A DNA stretch of 64,000 nt from the human T2T-CHM13v2.0 reference genome, Homo sapiens, in assembly GCF_009914755.1 (NCBI RefSeq), contig NC_060927.1; one strand, given 5' to 3'. Positions 31,852-48,131 of this stretch are shown here, in pieces. Position numbers and translations under genes: made by a program. Below the pieces are notes generated by a model that ran no database searches, was not told the origin of the DNA, and was given only the letters and a program-made list of their open reading frames with translations. Positions within the stretch are counted from its first letter, which is position 1. Every line of letters begins with the position of its first letter.

Positions 31852-31992
31852 GCAGAGTTGCAGCAGAAGGTGGAAGAGAATGAGCACCTGAGGCTGGAGC
31901 TGCAGATGGTAGAGACCGAGAGGGTGCGGCTGTCCCTGCTGGAGGAGAAGCTGGTGGACGTGCTGCAGCTCCTGCAGAGGCTCCAGGACCTG
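31852..31992 (+). CDS. EFCC1: EFCC1 coiled-coil exon ([14 protein letters not shown]...LQRLQDL)
   Basis: cccag| acceptor and CTG|gtaggc donor; 141 nt, phase 0/0; heptad-like pattern. Confidence 0.93.
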
Positions 31993-32249
31993 GTAGGCTC
32001 ACAGGAGAGCTGCCACACTCAGGGAAGGGAAAGGAGCTCTTGGGAGGGAGCCCCACTTGTGTCAGGCACCAGGCTCTAGGCTCTCCTTACAGTAGGCAGC
32101 TGTTATCCCATTTTACAGATGCAGAAATGGAGGCTCAGAAGAACCAACCAAAAATAGGGTTGGGGGGCTCCCCAGGTCATTTTAAGAAGCTAATAAAACT
32201 CTTGTATGTATCCTTTTCTGGTTCTGTTCTCAAAACCAGAAAAGGATAA

Positions 32250-33166
<917 letters not shown>

Positions 33167-33704
33167 CTAGGCAAGCAGAGACCTGGGGATGGGCCCCAAG
33201 AGGCCAATCCTAGCCCAGGCAGGCAAGGGCAGTGGTTCCCAGCAGAGGCCATAGGCCATGCAGCCTCACGGTAGATGATGCAGCCCCTCCACCTCCCAGC
33301 TGGGTGGCTTTGGCAAATTTCGCATTCTTTCCCAGCATTGCTTTTTTCTGCTGGTTAAAATGGGCATAATAAAATAAGTTGTTGCAAAAATCAAATGAGC
33401 AAATGCATTAAAATGCTCTTAGGGTTATTTCTCAGTGTCTACCTGGGCACAGATGGTAATCCTTAGGTACGTGATCTTTGATGGCATGGATCCTGCCCAC
33501 TGCCCCACTCGCCCTCCAAGAGTCTCTGGGAAGTGCAGTGTGGCCAGCCTAGGGGTAGGGGGCCAAGAAGCGATGAGGGTGGGGGAGGAGGTTTATCTGT
33601 CCCCAGGGAGCTGCCTAGAAGCCCGTAGGGGCCACCAGTTCCCATCGGCTGAACAGGGACACAGCAACCAGTCTAATCCAGCCTTGTTTCCATTTCTTTT
33701 TAAG

Positions 33705-33774
33705 AACATATCGAAAAGAGCCCTGGGGAAGATTTTGCTGAGCACGCTGGACGCTTTCAGGGACCCCACCCACG
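33705..33774 (+). CDS. EFCC1: EFCC1 penultimate exon (NISKRALGKILLSTLDAFRDPTH)
   Basis: T-rich tract with aag| acceptor; G|gtagga donor; 70 nt. Confidence 0.9.
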
Positions 33775-34585
33775 GTAGGAGAGCACCCTAGTCTCTCAGA
33801 GCCCACGCAGTGGCTGGAGGGTGTCCTGAGGAGGAGACTCCAGTGTGCTTCATGCTTAGCATCTTGTCTGCAAAACAATCATGTTATTCCTGCCCTGCAT
33901 GCTTTAGAAAGCTGAAGGGGCTTTTAGCAAGAGCAGAGGCACAGAAGCCCCAGGCAGAAGTGCCAGACAGAAGCCCAGTGAGGGGATGGGTGGGCGCCAC
34001 CGGCAGCACTGCAGCCACATGCGGGGGAGGTGCCCCAAGGGTTTTTAAACCCCTGAATCCTTACAATGGCCCTAGAAGGAATGAGTTGTTATCCCCTTTC
34101 CACAGAGGAAGAGACTGAGGCACAGGGGTCAAGTGCTGGCCACGCCCGAGGCTGGGGCATCTCCCTTAAGCACTCAATAACATGGACCCGGTGTTTAGAC
34201 GAAGCTCAGGGAGCAGAACAGCAGGAATGCCAGCTTATGCCTGGGGCAGCCAGGCCGAGCTCCTGCCTCACGGGTCTTCACAGGCTGACAAGGCAACCAA
34301 GAGCCCTTTGCTCGCTGTCCTCCCCAGGCACCACTGGGCAGAGCTCAGATGCACCCACTGCCCTGAGCAGTCCCTGCCCTCATGGAGGAGATCAGAAATT
34401 GTGTGCTCCAAGTCCCCTCTCCAGGGTCCTCAGGGGGAGGTGGTCCACAGAGCGAGGAAGCTGGGCAGGGCTGGGGAGGGGCACAGCGGGTAAGAGTGGC
34501 TGGGTCTCAGGAAGGAGGGACAGTGGCTCTGTGGGTGAAGGTGAGCAGACTGATCCTGCCCTCCCTGCCTGCTGTTTCCCTCCAG

Positions 34586-34722
34586 ACGGAAGGCCCAGCC
34601 CTGCAGCCATCCTGGATGCCCTGCACCAAGCCTTGGCTGCCTGCCAGCTGTTGCGGAGACAGCCCTCGGCACCAGCCTCTGCAGCAGCTGCGCTCACCAA
34701 CCCCCTCCTCGTCTCCTGCTGA
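34586..34722 (+). CDS. EFCC1: EFCC1 last coding exon (GRPSPAAIL...NPLLVSC*)
   Basis: tccag| acceptor; phase matches; TGA at 34720-34722. Confidence 0.92.
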
Positions 34723-35594
34723 GGTTACTGGCCCACCCTGTGGGCACCCTGCTCAGCCTGACTGCCTTTGGACCAGCCTCCATGATCAGCCCAACCACTG
34801 ACAGCTGGTCTGACCACCGTCACATCATCAGAACTTGAGTCTCTGCTGGCTCCTTCCAAGGTTAAGCCCGAGCCCAGAGCCTCCCATTGCAGCACCTGGC
34901 AGCCACCCCTTCCTCGGGCTCCTCCACATTACCTCGCAGCCCCTGCATTCCTGCCACCAGAGTCCACATTAAAGCCCTGCAGTTGCTGGATCAGCCTGCA
35001 CCTGATGCTGTATCTTTCCCCTGCCCTCAGGGCAGAGATGCCCACTTTCTGACTGAGTCTGACCCCAAATCTCTTCCCCAGAGTTTCAGGATCTCCTCCC
35101 CTCCCAGCACTGTCTCCTTCCTCCCACTGGCATGCCTGCTGCAACGGAGACTGGGCCCAACCTTTGGGATACCTGGTCTGTAGGAAAGCACTCCACACCC
35201 CAGGAAATGTTGATGACTAGGAAAGGCTGAGGGAATTCCAAGGAAGGAACAATCACTGTAGGCTCCCTGGTAGAAGCTGGCCTTGAACCAGCTCTAGAGG
35301 ACAGGTAGGATTTAGACAGGTAAAGAAAGGAGGGAAGGGCATAGAATCTAAGGTAATGGCAAGAGCAAAGGTGTGGAACCAGAGGGGGGCCCCAGGAATG
35401 CAGTGCTTGGAGCCCCTGCTCCTGAACACGCATTAACTCCTGAACTGCGAGCCCCTCCTCCTGAACTGCGTCATGGGGTTGCAGGAAGGAGTAGGCCAAG
35501 ATACCCAGTCTCACCTAACTTAGACTGTCATTAGAGAGAAAGATCCATTGCCAAACAGTGCCATGGGGGTGAAACCAGTGCTAAATGGAGGTAA

Positions 35595-35600
35595 AATAAA
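35595..35600 (+). terminator. EFCC1: EFCC1 polyadenylation signal
   Basis: First AATAAA after the stop codon (3'UTR about 0.9 kb). Alternatives: ATTAAA at 34968 and AATAAA at 35828. Confidence 0.7.
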
Positions 35601-36190
35601 GTTTGTAAGAGCCCAACCACCAGGGGTCTTTCCGAGCCTCGGGATGCCTGGGGAAACTGCAGGAGTCAGGGGAATCCAGTCTGCTCTGAACCTTGGTGGG
35701 GAGGGGCAGGGGCAGAGGAGGAGGTGGAGGGAGGGCCGCAAAGATTATGGGTTTCACGGAACCACTGCAAACGCCTCAGCAGGGAAACACAGGCCCAGCA
35801 ACTTTCAGATGGTTCCTCTGGAAATGGAATAAAAGAGACCAAGGCCAGTGGCCACCACAGAAAGGCCATGCCCACCCCTGGTCCAGCCAGATGGGACCGG
35901 CCCCAGGACCCCTGGGGCCATGTGCAGAGCTGGCCCCGGGGAGGTGGTCTGAGCAGGCAGGGATGCGCCCAGCTTGCTCCTCGCATCTCCGCGGAGTCCA
36001 CCAGCCCTGCACCTCAGGCTCTGTGCTGCCTACGGGACCCAGGCCAAGCAGGCTCCCATGTGTCCCAGCTCGGTCACAGGGCCAGCTGTTCTGTGTCCTG
36101 ATCATGGTGGTGGCTACATGAACCTACACATGGGTTAAAACTCACTGTGGACGTATATGAGAGTTCAAAGCTCTCATATGGGTTCCTTTG

Positions 36191-36698
<508 letters not shown>

Positions 36699-38125
36699 TA
36701 AAAATATGCCAGGACATTCTGTGCTTTTTAACAAAGCCTACCATCAAAAGAAACTATTTTATCAGGGCCTAACCCACTAGGGTTTTATTAGAGCCTAATC
36801 AAACTGGGGGAAGAGAAATACCCAACTCCATTCCCTTCAGCCATCCTGTCCCACCTAAGAGAAAGAAAACCTTAGAAGTTCACAGCCCAGGGCCCAGGCT
36901 CACTAGAAGACTGAGATCTAATCATAGGACTATAGAACACATCCCTTCCCACCACACCTTCCCACCACATCACTAAAGGCCTCTTTACCTATGGGTAAAA
37001 GGTAAAAGTTCCTTTTACCCGGTGCAGCATGCCTGCCTTTTAGCAAAAAATGCAAGGCAGACTAAAAGGCAAAAAGCACAGTTTGAAGAACAGAGCAAGC
37101 ATCAGAATCAGACCCAGCTATATGGCAGGGATGTTGGAATCATCAGGCTATGAATTTAAAACAACTGTGATTCATATGCAAGTGCTCTCTTGGAAAAAAG
37201 TCGACAAATGTAAGAACAGATGGGTAATGTAATCAGAGAGGTGGAAATTCTAAGAAAGAATCAAAAAGAAATGCTAGAGCTGAAAAACACGGTAACAGAA
37301 ATGAAGAATGCCTTTGATGGGCTCATTAGCAACTAGGACACAGCTGAGGAAGGAATCTCTGCGCTTGAGAATATGTCACTAGAAACTTCCAAAACTGAGA
37401 AGCAAAGAGGAAAAAAGACCGAGGAGTGTGGGGGAAAGAGCAGAATATCCAAGAACTGCGGGACATCTACAAAACCTATAACATGCACAGTGAGAGTACC
37501 AGAAAGAGAAGAAAAAGACAAAGGAACACAAACCATGTTTAAAGTAATAATGACTTAGAATTTCCCCGAATTAATGTCAGACACAGATCCAGGAAGCTCA
37601 GAGAACACAAGTAGGTTACATGCAAAAAAGAAAAGAAAAAAAAAAACTACACCTAGGCATCGTACATTCTAACTTCAGAAAATCAATGATAAAGAACACA
37701 CCTTGAAAGAAGCCAGAGGGAAAAATAACACCTAACCTATAGAGGAACAAAGGTGAGACTTACATCAGCCTTCTTTTCAGAAGCCATGCAAACAAGAAGA
37801 GAGTGGAATGAAATAGTTAAAGTGTAGAGAGGAAAAAAAAATACACCGAGAATTGTGTATCCTGTGAAATTATATTTCGAAAGTGAAGAAGGAATAAAGA
37901 CTTTCATCAGACAAACAGAAATTTAGGGAATTTGTTGCCAGTACACCTGGCTTGCAAGAAATGTTAAAAGAAGTCCTTTGGAGAGAAGGAAAATTACACA
38001 GGTCCAAAATCTGGATCTATATAAAGAAAGGAAGAGCTTTAGAGAAGGAATAAATAAAGGTAAAATAAAAACTTTAACTTTTCTTATTATTTGATCTAAA
38101 AGACAACAGTTTGTTAAAAATATTA

Positions 38126-38719
<594 letters not shown>

Positions 38720-38988
38720 CTACCAAAAAAATGAATTCACTATTTTTGTTGGAAACTTCAACAACCTCTATCAGAAAGGGACAGATCCAGATCCGGCAGG
38801 CAGAAAATCAGTAAGGACATAGTTGAACTTAAGAGCACCATATGTCAACTGGATCTAAATGACATGGATAGAATACCCAAGAACAGCAGAATACACATTC
38901 TCCTGAAGCTCACACAGAGCCTTCACCAAGATAAACCACATTCTGGGCTATAAAACACGCTTTAACAAATTTAAAAGAATACAAATCA

Positions 38989-39573
<585 letters not shown>

Positions 39574-39957
39574 CTAACCTTCCACCTCATTAAACTATAA
39601 AAAGAAGGGCAAATTAACTCCAAAGTAAGCAGAAGAAAAGAAATAATAAAAATTAGAGCAGAAATCAATGAAATTAAAAACAGAAAATCAGAGAGAAAAT
39701 CAGCAAAACCAAAAGCAAGTTCTTGGAAAATATCAGTAAAATTGATAAGCCTCTAGCCAACCTAATTAAAGAAAAAAAAGAAGATACAAATTGCTAATAT
39801 CAGAAATGAAAGAGGAACATCACTACAGAGCCCACAGACATCAAAAGGATATTAAAGGAATACAATGAAGCATCTATGCCACAAATTTGGTAATCTATGT
39901 TTAATAGATCAATTTCCTGAAAGACACAGTCTGCCAAAACTCATATAAGAAGAAACA

Positions 39958-40388
<431 letters not shown>

Positions 40389-40530
40389 TTAAGGAATAAA
40401 TTATACTAATTCTCCACAATCTCTTGCAAGAGATAGAAGCAGAGGGAATGCTTTCTAACTCATTCTATGGGGCCAGCATGACCCAATACCAAAACCCAAC
40501 AAGACATTACAAGAAAAAAAAACTACAATT

Positions 40531-42996
40531 TGCTCCGGCGGAAGTGAGGAGCAGGCCTGGGCCCTAAGGGCCGGGCCTCGACCCCCCGCAGGTCCCCGCG
40601 GTCCCGGTCCCCCGCCCGGGACATCTGATGGACCGAGCCGCGCCCCCGCGGAGCACCACTTCGGAGGCCTGAGAGCGGCGACCGGGCAGGGCGTGGCCTA
40701 CATCCCGGAGCCTCGCGCCTTCTCCTGCGCCGACTTCTGCAGGGCCTCCGGCTGCTCGAGCCGCCCTGCGCTGCTCCCGCGCCTGCACCCGAGGCTGGGG
40801 CAGCGGCGGCGCTGGGTGACGCCGGAGGGGGCGCCCGACTTGAACCAACTGCGGCGGACCCGGGAGCCGGGGTCCAGGAATACAGCCCGAACCCCAAGAA
40901 TACAACCCGAACCCCAAGAGTACGTGCCCCTCAGAGACTGCAGCGGCTGCTGAGAGGAGCACATCCAGGGCGGCTACTGCCCCAAGGGGTCGCCACCTCT
41001 GGGACTGGCATCCGTTCAGGGGCCCTCGGCAAGGGACATGTCCGCCCGGCCGTGCGCCTCCCGGCCCAGGGCGCGCTGGACGTGGACGCCCCTCGCCTGG
41101 TCTGCGCTGGCCCTGCGGGCAGCTGGACCTGGTTCCGCGCCCACGCCTTCCGCTCCTCCAGCTGGTCCCGCAGCTGGTCCCGCAGCGCCGGCGGACAAGA
41201 GAAGTGGCTCCTCGTCCCCAGGTGCGCGAGGAGGCCCTGGGGACTCCCGCGGCTGCCTGCCCGACGGCCGGACCTCCCGGGCACTCCCGACGCGCCTGCA
41301 CCCGCGACTCCAGCTCGCGGCCTGCCCTGGAGCTCACGCGCAAGGTGGGCGAGATGGTGCTGATGCCAGTGTGGGGCACCACCGGGTTCACAACCTGCTA
41401 AGGCCGAGGTACGTCCCGGCCACCCAGGCCTGGAGCTAGAGTGTGCGCCCGCCTTCGACCATGGGCCCTTCCGCAGGAAGAGGGCAGCGCCCCTCCAGAC
41501 TGTCCCTCCACTAGGAGGCGTCGCCGGGGCCCCGGCCTTTGTTTCACCCTCGCGCGCTCCTTCTCCGGCATACTCGCTCTGGGTCCGCCGCTGCCGCTCA
41601 TCATGAGGTCCTGCTCGGGCATCAGCTTGGAAGAGCTTTACCACTTCCCCAGGGTTCTCACTGAGAGGCAGCTCCTAGTCCTGGGGGAGGCGGCGGGGGA
41701 GGATGAGGCCTGGCCGGGCCCGAGCAGATGGCCTTCGTCGTCGGGGCACGGCGGAGGTAGGTGTTGGCCTCCATGCTCTCGCAGTGCGACTTCCAGAGAA
41801 CCGGCAGCGACCGCTGGGAGGAAGGGAGGCCGCCTCCCGCTCCGGGGCCCCTCCGGAAAGAAAAACCGCCCTCCAACCCCCGTGGACTGCAGCCCCCACC
41901 TCTCCAGTGAGGCCAGGACATCTGAGCAACGGGTGTCTGGGTTGCCTGCTCTGGAGGCCCCTCTGTGCGGCCAGCTTCGTCCCTTTGTCCCAGGCGGTCA
42001 CCTCCAGCTCTGCCCCGTGGGCTCAGGGAGGACTTGGGCGCGGTGCTGCGGACCCACGCCGGCCTGTGCTGCACTGGGCGTGCCCGCCAGGACCTTGAGG
42101 CAAGGGTGGACTGGCTGGTCCTCCGGGCGGTTGGCTGCAGAGCCAGCGGCCTGGGCCTTTGTTCCCCATCGTCCCCGACAGGGCTGGGCCCTGCTGCCGC
42201 TGAGCAGGGGCTGGCAAAGAGCCTGCTCCACTGCCACCTCCCCGCCCGCAGGGAAGCCTGGCACATCCTCTGCCTCCTGGCCTCTCCTCACTGAATCCTC
42301 TGCCTGGGCGTGGAGGGGCTATGCCTGCTGTTTGTTGTACTCACTGCATACAGTAGGTGCTGCATAAGTCCCTGCGGGAGGAGGAAACGCACGAGTCTGT
42401 CCTCCCCTGCCCAGCTTCCGCAGGGCTTTTATGGCTCATCAGAGAGGCCTTGTTTGCCGCGTGGCCAAGTCTTCCCAAGGATGCTGTTCTCAGGACTGCA
42501 GATTCAAGTCTCTGGTCCCATGGCATGCTGGGCAAGACTGAGGTGTGCACCCGGCTGCTCTCCACGCCCCATCCTGGGACCCCATCAAGGCATGGGCAGG
42601 CGAGCAGCACTGGGATGTGTGGTGGGGCCATGGGCTCTCAAGTGGCCCCATCCACAGCTCTGTGAGTCGTCCCTCCTGCAGGGGATATCCCAGACCTCTA
42701 CCTCTACCTGGATTCACAAGATGTGGGGGCTGGGATTCTGCCAGCCCCACCCTCTCCACCCAAAGTCCACACATTTTTTTAGCTGGCCCTGGGTGGCAGT
42801 CCCCACCCCAGCAGAGGAGGATGCATTCAAATCTGAAGGAGTAGCACATGCCACATGCTGTGTGTCCCACCTGCCCAGTGATGTCCAGTGGGGCCGGCTG
42901 CTCCCAGCTGGGATGGAAGCCCCCAGGAAGACAGGGATTTCTGTCTGCTCTGTTCAGTGAATTATGCTAAGTGCCTGGAAAAGTGACTGTACACAG
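40531..42996 (+). pseudogene. JMJD4P1: Processed pseudogene of JMJD4 (JmjC lysyl hydroxylase)
   Basis: Frameshifted peptides match recalled JMJD4: EPRAFSCADF, RRRWVTPEGAPD, GVQEY, ALDVD..AGPAGSW, KWLL, GEMV, HRVHNL, IMRSCSGISLEELYHF. ATG-GAC-CGA at 40628; about 1.1 kb of 3'UTR-like sequence; identical TSD GAAAAAAAAACTA at 40513-40525 and 42997-43009. Confidence 0.92.
41508..41521 (+). promoter_or_regulatory. CTCF core-like motif
   Basis: CCACTAGGAGGCGT versus consensus CCASYAGRKGGCRS. Confidence 0.5.
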
Positions 42997-43498
42997 GAAA
43001 AAAAAACTAGACTAACATCTCTCATGAATATAGATGCAAAATGCTCAACAAAATATTAGCAACTCAAATCCAACAATGTATAGAAAGAAGTAAACACCAC
43101 GACCAAGTGAGATTTATCCCAGATATGCAGCACTGTCCAATACTTGAAAATCAAGCAACCCATCACATCTACAGGCTAAAGAAGAAAAATCGCATGATCA
43201 TGTCAATAGATGCAGAAAAAGCACGTGACAAAATCCAACATCCATTCAAGGTAAAAACTCCCAGCAAACTAGGAAAATAGAGGAACTTCCTCAACTTCAT
43301 AAAGAACATCCACAAAAAAACCCCACAGCTAACAATACATGGAATAGTGAGGAACTAGATGCTTTCTCAGTAAGATCAGGGACAAGGCAAGGATGTCCTC
43401 TCTCACCATTTCTTTTTCAGCATCATACTGGAAGTCCTAGCTAATGCAATAAGATAAGAAAAGGCAATAAAAGGTATAAAGATTTTCTACATAGATGA

Positions 43499-43914
<416 letters not shown>

Positions 43915-44577
43915 AAGCCAATCACTTTTCTATATACCAACAATGAACAAGTGGAATTTGAAATTCAAAATACAATACCATTTACATTAACACCCCCAAA
44001 TACAAAATACTTAAGTATAAATATTTTAAAATATATGTATAAGCTCTATGTGAGGAAAGCTACAAAACTGTTATGAAAGAAATCAAAGAACGAAATAGAT
44101 GGAGAGAGATTCCGTGTTTAAGAGCAAGAAGACTCAATATTGTCAAGATCTCAGTTCTTCCCAGCTTGATCTACAGACCAAATGCTATCCTGATCGAAAT
44201 TCCAGCAAGTTACTTTGTGGATATTAACAAACTGATTCTAAAGTTTATATGGAGAAGCAAAAGACCCAAAATAGCCAACACAATATTTAAGGAGGAGAAC
44301 AAAGTTGGAGGACTGACATGACCCAACCTCAAAGCTTATGCTAAATCTACAGTAATCAAGACAGTGTGGTATTGGTAAAAGAACAGACAAATAGATCAAT
44401 GGAACAGAATAGAGAGCCCAGAAGTATACCCATAGTCAACTGATGTTTTTACAAAGGAACAAAGGAAATATAATGGAGAAAAATTATTTTCAACGAATGA
44501 TGCTAGAACAACTGGACATCCAAATGGAAAAAAAAATTTAGATATAGACCTTACACTCTTAGGAAAAATTAACCCAA

Positions 44578-44893
44578 GGCCAGGCACAGTGGCTCACGCC
44601 TATAATCTCAGCACTTTGGGAGGCTGAGGCGAGTGGATGACCTGAGGTCAGGAGTTCGAGACCAGCCTCGCCAACATGGTGAAACCCCGTCTCTACTAAA
44701 AATACAAAAATTAGCCAGGCATGGTGGTGGGGACCTATAATCCCAGCTACTCGGGAGGCTGAGGCAGGAGAATCGCTTGAACTCAGAGCAGGGCAGGGGG
44801 AGGGGCAGGTGGAGGTTGCAGTGAGCCAAGATCACATCACTTCACACCAGCCTGGGCGACAGAGCAAAACTCCATCTCAAAAAAAAAAAAAAA
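44578..44893 (+). mobile_element. Alu (S-type) with a G-rich internal insert
   Basis: Dimer with extra 'gcagggcagggggaggggc' in the right arm. Confidence 0.93.
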
Positions 44894-46203
44894 GAAATGA
44901 GCTACCAAGCCATGAAAAGACATGTAGGAACCTTAAATGCATATTACTAAGTGAAAGAATTTAATCTTTAAAGGCTAAATATTATATGATCCTAACTGTA
45001 TGACATTCTGGAAAAGGCAAAACTATGGAGACAGTAAAAGGATCAGTGGTTGCCAGGGATTAGGAGATGGGGAAGGATGAACAAGGGGGCCCAGAAGATT
45101 TTTCAGGGCAACAACACTATTCTGTATGATACCATAATGGTAGATATGTGTCATTAGACATTTGTCTCGACCCATAGAATGTCTGACTCCAAGAGTGGGC
45201 CCTCAGAAACTACGGACATTGGGCAATAATGGCATGTCCTTGTAGTTTCATCAGTAATAACATATGCCCCACTCTACTGGGGATGTTACTGATATGGAAG
45301 GCTGTGCATGTTGGGGGGCAGGGCGTGTATAGGAACTGACTTTCCACTCAATTTTTGCTGTGAACCCAAAATAAAGCCTATTTAAAAAGAAAAAAAGAAA
45401 GAACTAGAGAATGGATAGAGGCAGCCTCTTAGCTATCTCTGCACAGAGTCAGCCTAGTGTTGGGGCATCCTGGACCCTCTGAACGTCACTGGTTTGCAGC
45501 CTGGATGGCCTTCCCTTTTGCCCAGTGGGGAGAGGCTGAGACTTCTGTAATTTCAGCACCTTGGTGTTGGGTGTGACCTAAGCACCTGCCTGATGCCCTG
45601 CCCTGGCCCACAGCCGGCCTGCTGCTGTCAGCTCAGCATGAGCCTCAGAGTTCATGAGGGCCTCAGAGGACCAGGGGGCTTCCCTGGAGGAAAACCCAGA
45701 TGAGGAGACCAAAGGCAGCGTCAACATTTGTGATTCACAGAGACCAGGCATGGGGCTTCTCCCACATCCACGTTTTACTGCTGGGGACACTGATGAGGAC
45801 TCGTGCTCACAGCCACACAGCACAATAGCAGAGCCAGGACTCAGAGCTCAGCCCGGGTCACCCAAGCCCACACTCGAAACCACTCGACAAGGCTGCACCA
45901 AGATCAGCAGGCAGGGCCTGTACTGAGTGCCAAGCCCTGAGGCCACGGAAAGAGAGGGGGTAAGAGGGTGCAATTTCATAGAAAGATGGAGGTATGCCTT
46001 TGTCCACTGAGCTGAAGTCTGAGACGATGTCTCGAGGGAGCAAAACGGTGGCACCCAGGGAGCTGCAACCATGGGAAACATGGGGTCTCCTTTGGCCAGA
46101 AACAGAGTAAGCCAACAATTCCTGAGAAAGCTTCACCAAAAAAAGAACCTCCCCTGATATTTGGGTCCAAGAAATAGCCACGACTCTGACCTAAAAGGTT
46201 CCT

Positions 46204-46504
46204 GGCTGGGAGCGGTGGCTCACGCCTATAATCCCAGCACTTCAGGAGGCCAAGGTAGACAGATCACTTGAGGCCAGGAGTTCGAGACCAGCCTGGCCAA
46301 TATGTCGAAACCCTGTCTCTACTAAAACTACAAAAATTAGCTGGGTGTGATGGTGCACACCTGTAGTCCCAGCTGGCTGAGACGCTGAGGCATGAGAATC
46401 ACTTGAACCCAGAACACAGAGGCTGCAGTAAGCGAAAATCCCACCACTGCACTCCAGCCTGGGTGACAGAGTGAGACTCTGCCTCAAAAAAAAAAAAAAA
46501 AAAA
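46204..46504 (+). mobile_element. Alu
   Basis: TSD aaaaggttcctg. Confidence 0.95.
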
Positions 46505-46799
46505 GGTTCCTGTAACTTGAGGGTCCTAGGGACTACTAGTTACTAGTAACTAATTAATCCCTTGATTGATGCCTCTCCGTAAAGGTTAGAGCTTTATTTT
46601 CTGATAGAAGCCTTGCAGTTACTTGAATTTGAAAATTTCCTGTTAAGATATATGCACAAAGTCTCCTCCTTCAAGATGGGAAGCCTACATGTGAGCCCAG
46701 GAGTTCAAGATTACAGTGAGCCATGATTGCACCACTGCACTCCAGTGTGGGCAACAGAGCAAAACCTTGTCTCTTAAAAAAAAATCGTAAAGGCTCATT

Positions 46800-47592
46800 A
46801 ACACTTTTCCCTTTGAAAGTGAGCTAGATAGACTTTATGACTCACCAATAAACAGAGTGTGGCAGAGTTGCTGGTGCAGCTTCTGAGACCAGGTCATAAG
46901 AGGCCTGGCAGCTCCCTCCTTGCTCTCCATCAGATCCCTTGCTTGGGGGAAAGATAGCTGCCCTGTGCAGAGAGCCACACGGAGAGTCACCGAAGTCTCC
47001 TGTCAATGGCCAGCAAGGAACTGAGGCCTCCTGCCAACAGCCACGACTCACATCTCAAAAGCGTCTCCTCCAGCCCAGGCCAAGTCCTCTGATGCTGGTC
47101 TCACTGGGCTGAGATCTTGACTGCAACAGCCAGAACCACCCAGCTAAGCCACTCCCAAGTTCTTGACCCACAGAAACAAGTGAGATAATAAGTAAATAAA
47201 TGTCATTGTTGAGCTGGGCATGGTAGCTCACACCTGTAATTCTAGTGCTTTGAGAGGCTAAGGCAGAAAGATCACTTGAGCTCAGGAGTTTGAGAACAGC
47301 TCAACCTTCGGAGACCCCATCTCCAACAACAATAACAACAACAAATTAGCTGGCTGTGGCAGTGCATGCCTGTGATCCCAGCTACCTAGGAGGCTGAGGT
47401 GGGAGGATCTCTTAAGCCCAAGGGTTCCAGGCTGCAGTGAGCTAGGATCTCACCACTGCACTCCAACCTGGGTGACAGAGTGAGACCATGTCTCTAAAAA
47501 ATTTAAAATAAATAAATAATTAAAATTAAAAATGCTATTGTTTGAAGCTGCTAGTTTTGGGGGATGGTTTGTCATGGAGCAGTAATAACAAA
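46800..47592 (+). mobile_element. MaLR LTR (MLT1F-like) split by an AluJ (47212-47520)
   Basis: 'aaggaactgaggcctcctgccaacagcc...cagaaccacccagctaagcc...ttttggggatggtttgt'. Confidence 0.75.
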
Positions 47593-47854
47593 TTTCCTAA
47601 CAGAGACTCATGCTCCATCAGAGCATAGGGGCTACGCACATATGTCTGTGGCAGATTCTCGCAGTCCTCCACGCTACCCACTGAGCTGTCACAGGGAGCG
47701 CTGTGGCAGGCTTGTATGTTTACCAGTAACCATTGGAGCCCTGACAATAATCACTAGCAGGTTGGAAGGAGTACAAGGGTTCCCAGGCATGGAGCCAGCT
47801 GAAGGGGCACTCGTGGATGCAGAGATACAGGGGTCAGGGGAGTGCATACTTTTT

Positions 47855-48131
47855 CAGGCCCTGGGGTGGGGGTGAGGGGATAGGGTGCAGGGGCCCAGAT
47901 AGTCAAAAGGCAAGGAGGTGCTGGGAGGGGCACCGCTTGTGGCCCAGGCTCCAAGTCCCCCATGCATGCCTACAGTCCCATCAGACTTCCCTTACAAAAT
48001 ACAAATTTAAAGATAAAATTGTTATGAATTTCAAGACAGCAGCCACAGAGCTTACAACCCCAGGCACAGGGCCCTTCTGAGCAGGGAGTCCCCTGCAGCT
48101 ACCCCAGCCCCATGCCCACAAAGCCAGGCCT
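47855..48131 (-). mobile_element. hAT-Tip100 MITE (MER45-like)
   Basis: 'gaatttcaagacagcagccacagagc...gggcccttctgagc'. Confidence 0.6.

Noticed and set aside
40878-41182. 20-nt and 12-nt tandem duplications (similar short ones at 9724, 22013 and 49438)
   Set aside because: Ordinary slippage events; they only mark neutral decay.
41441-42367. 308-aa ORF and other long ORFs on both strands over the retrocopy
   Set aside because: Stop-poor GC-rich sequence; only a short stretch is in the JMJD4 frame and the catalytic H-x-D motif is lost.
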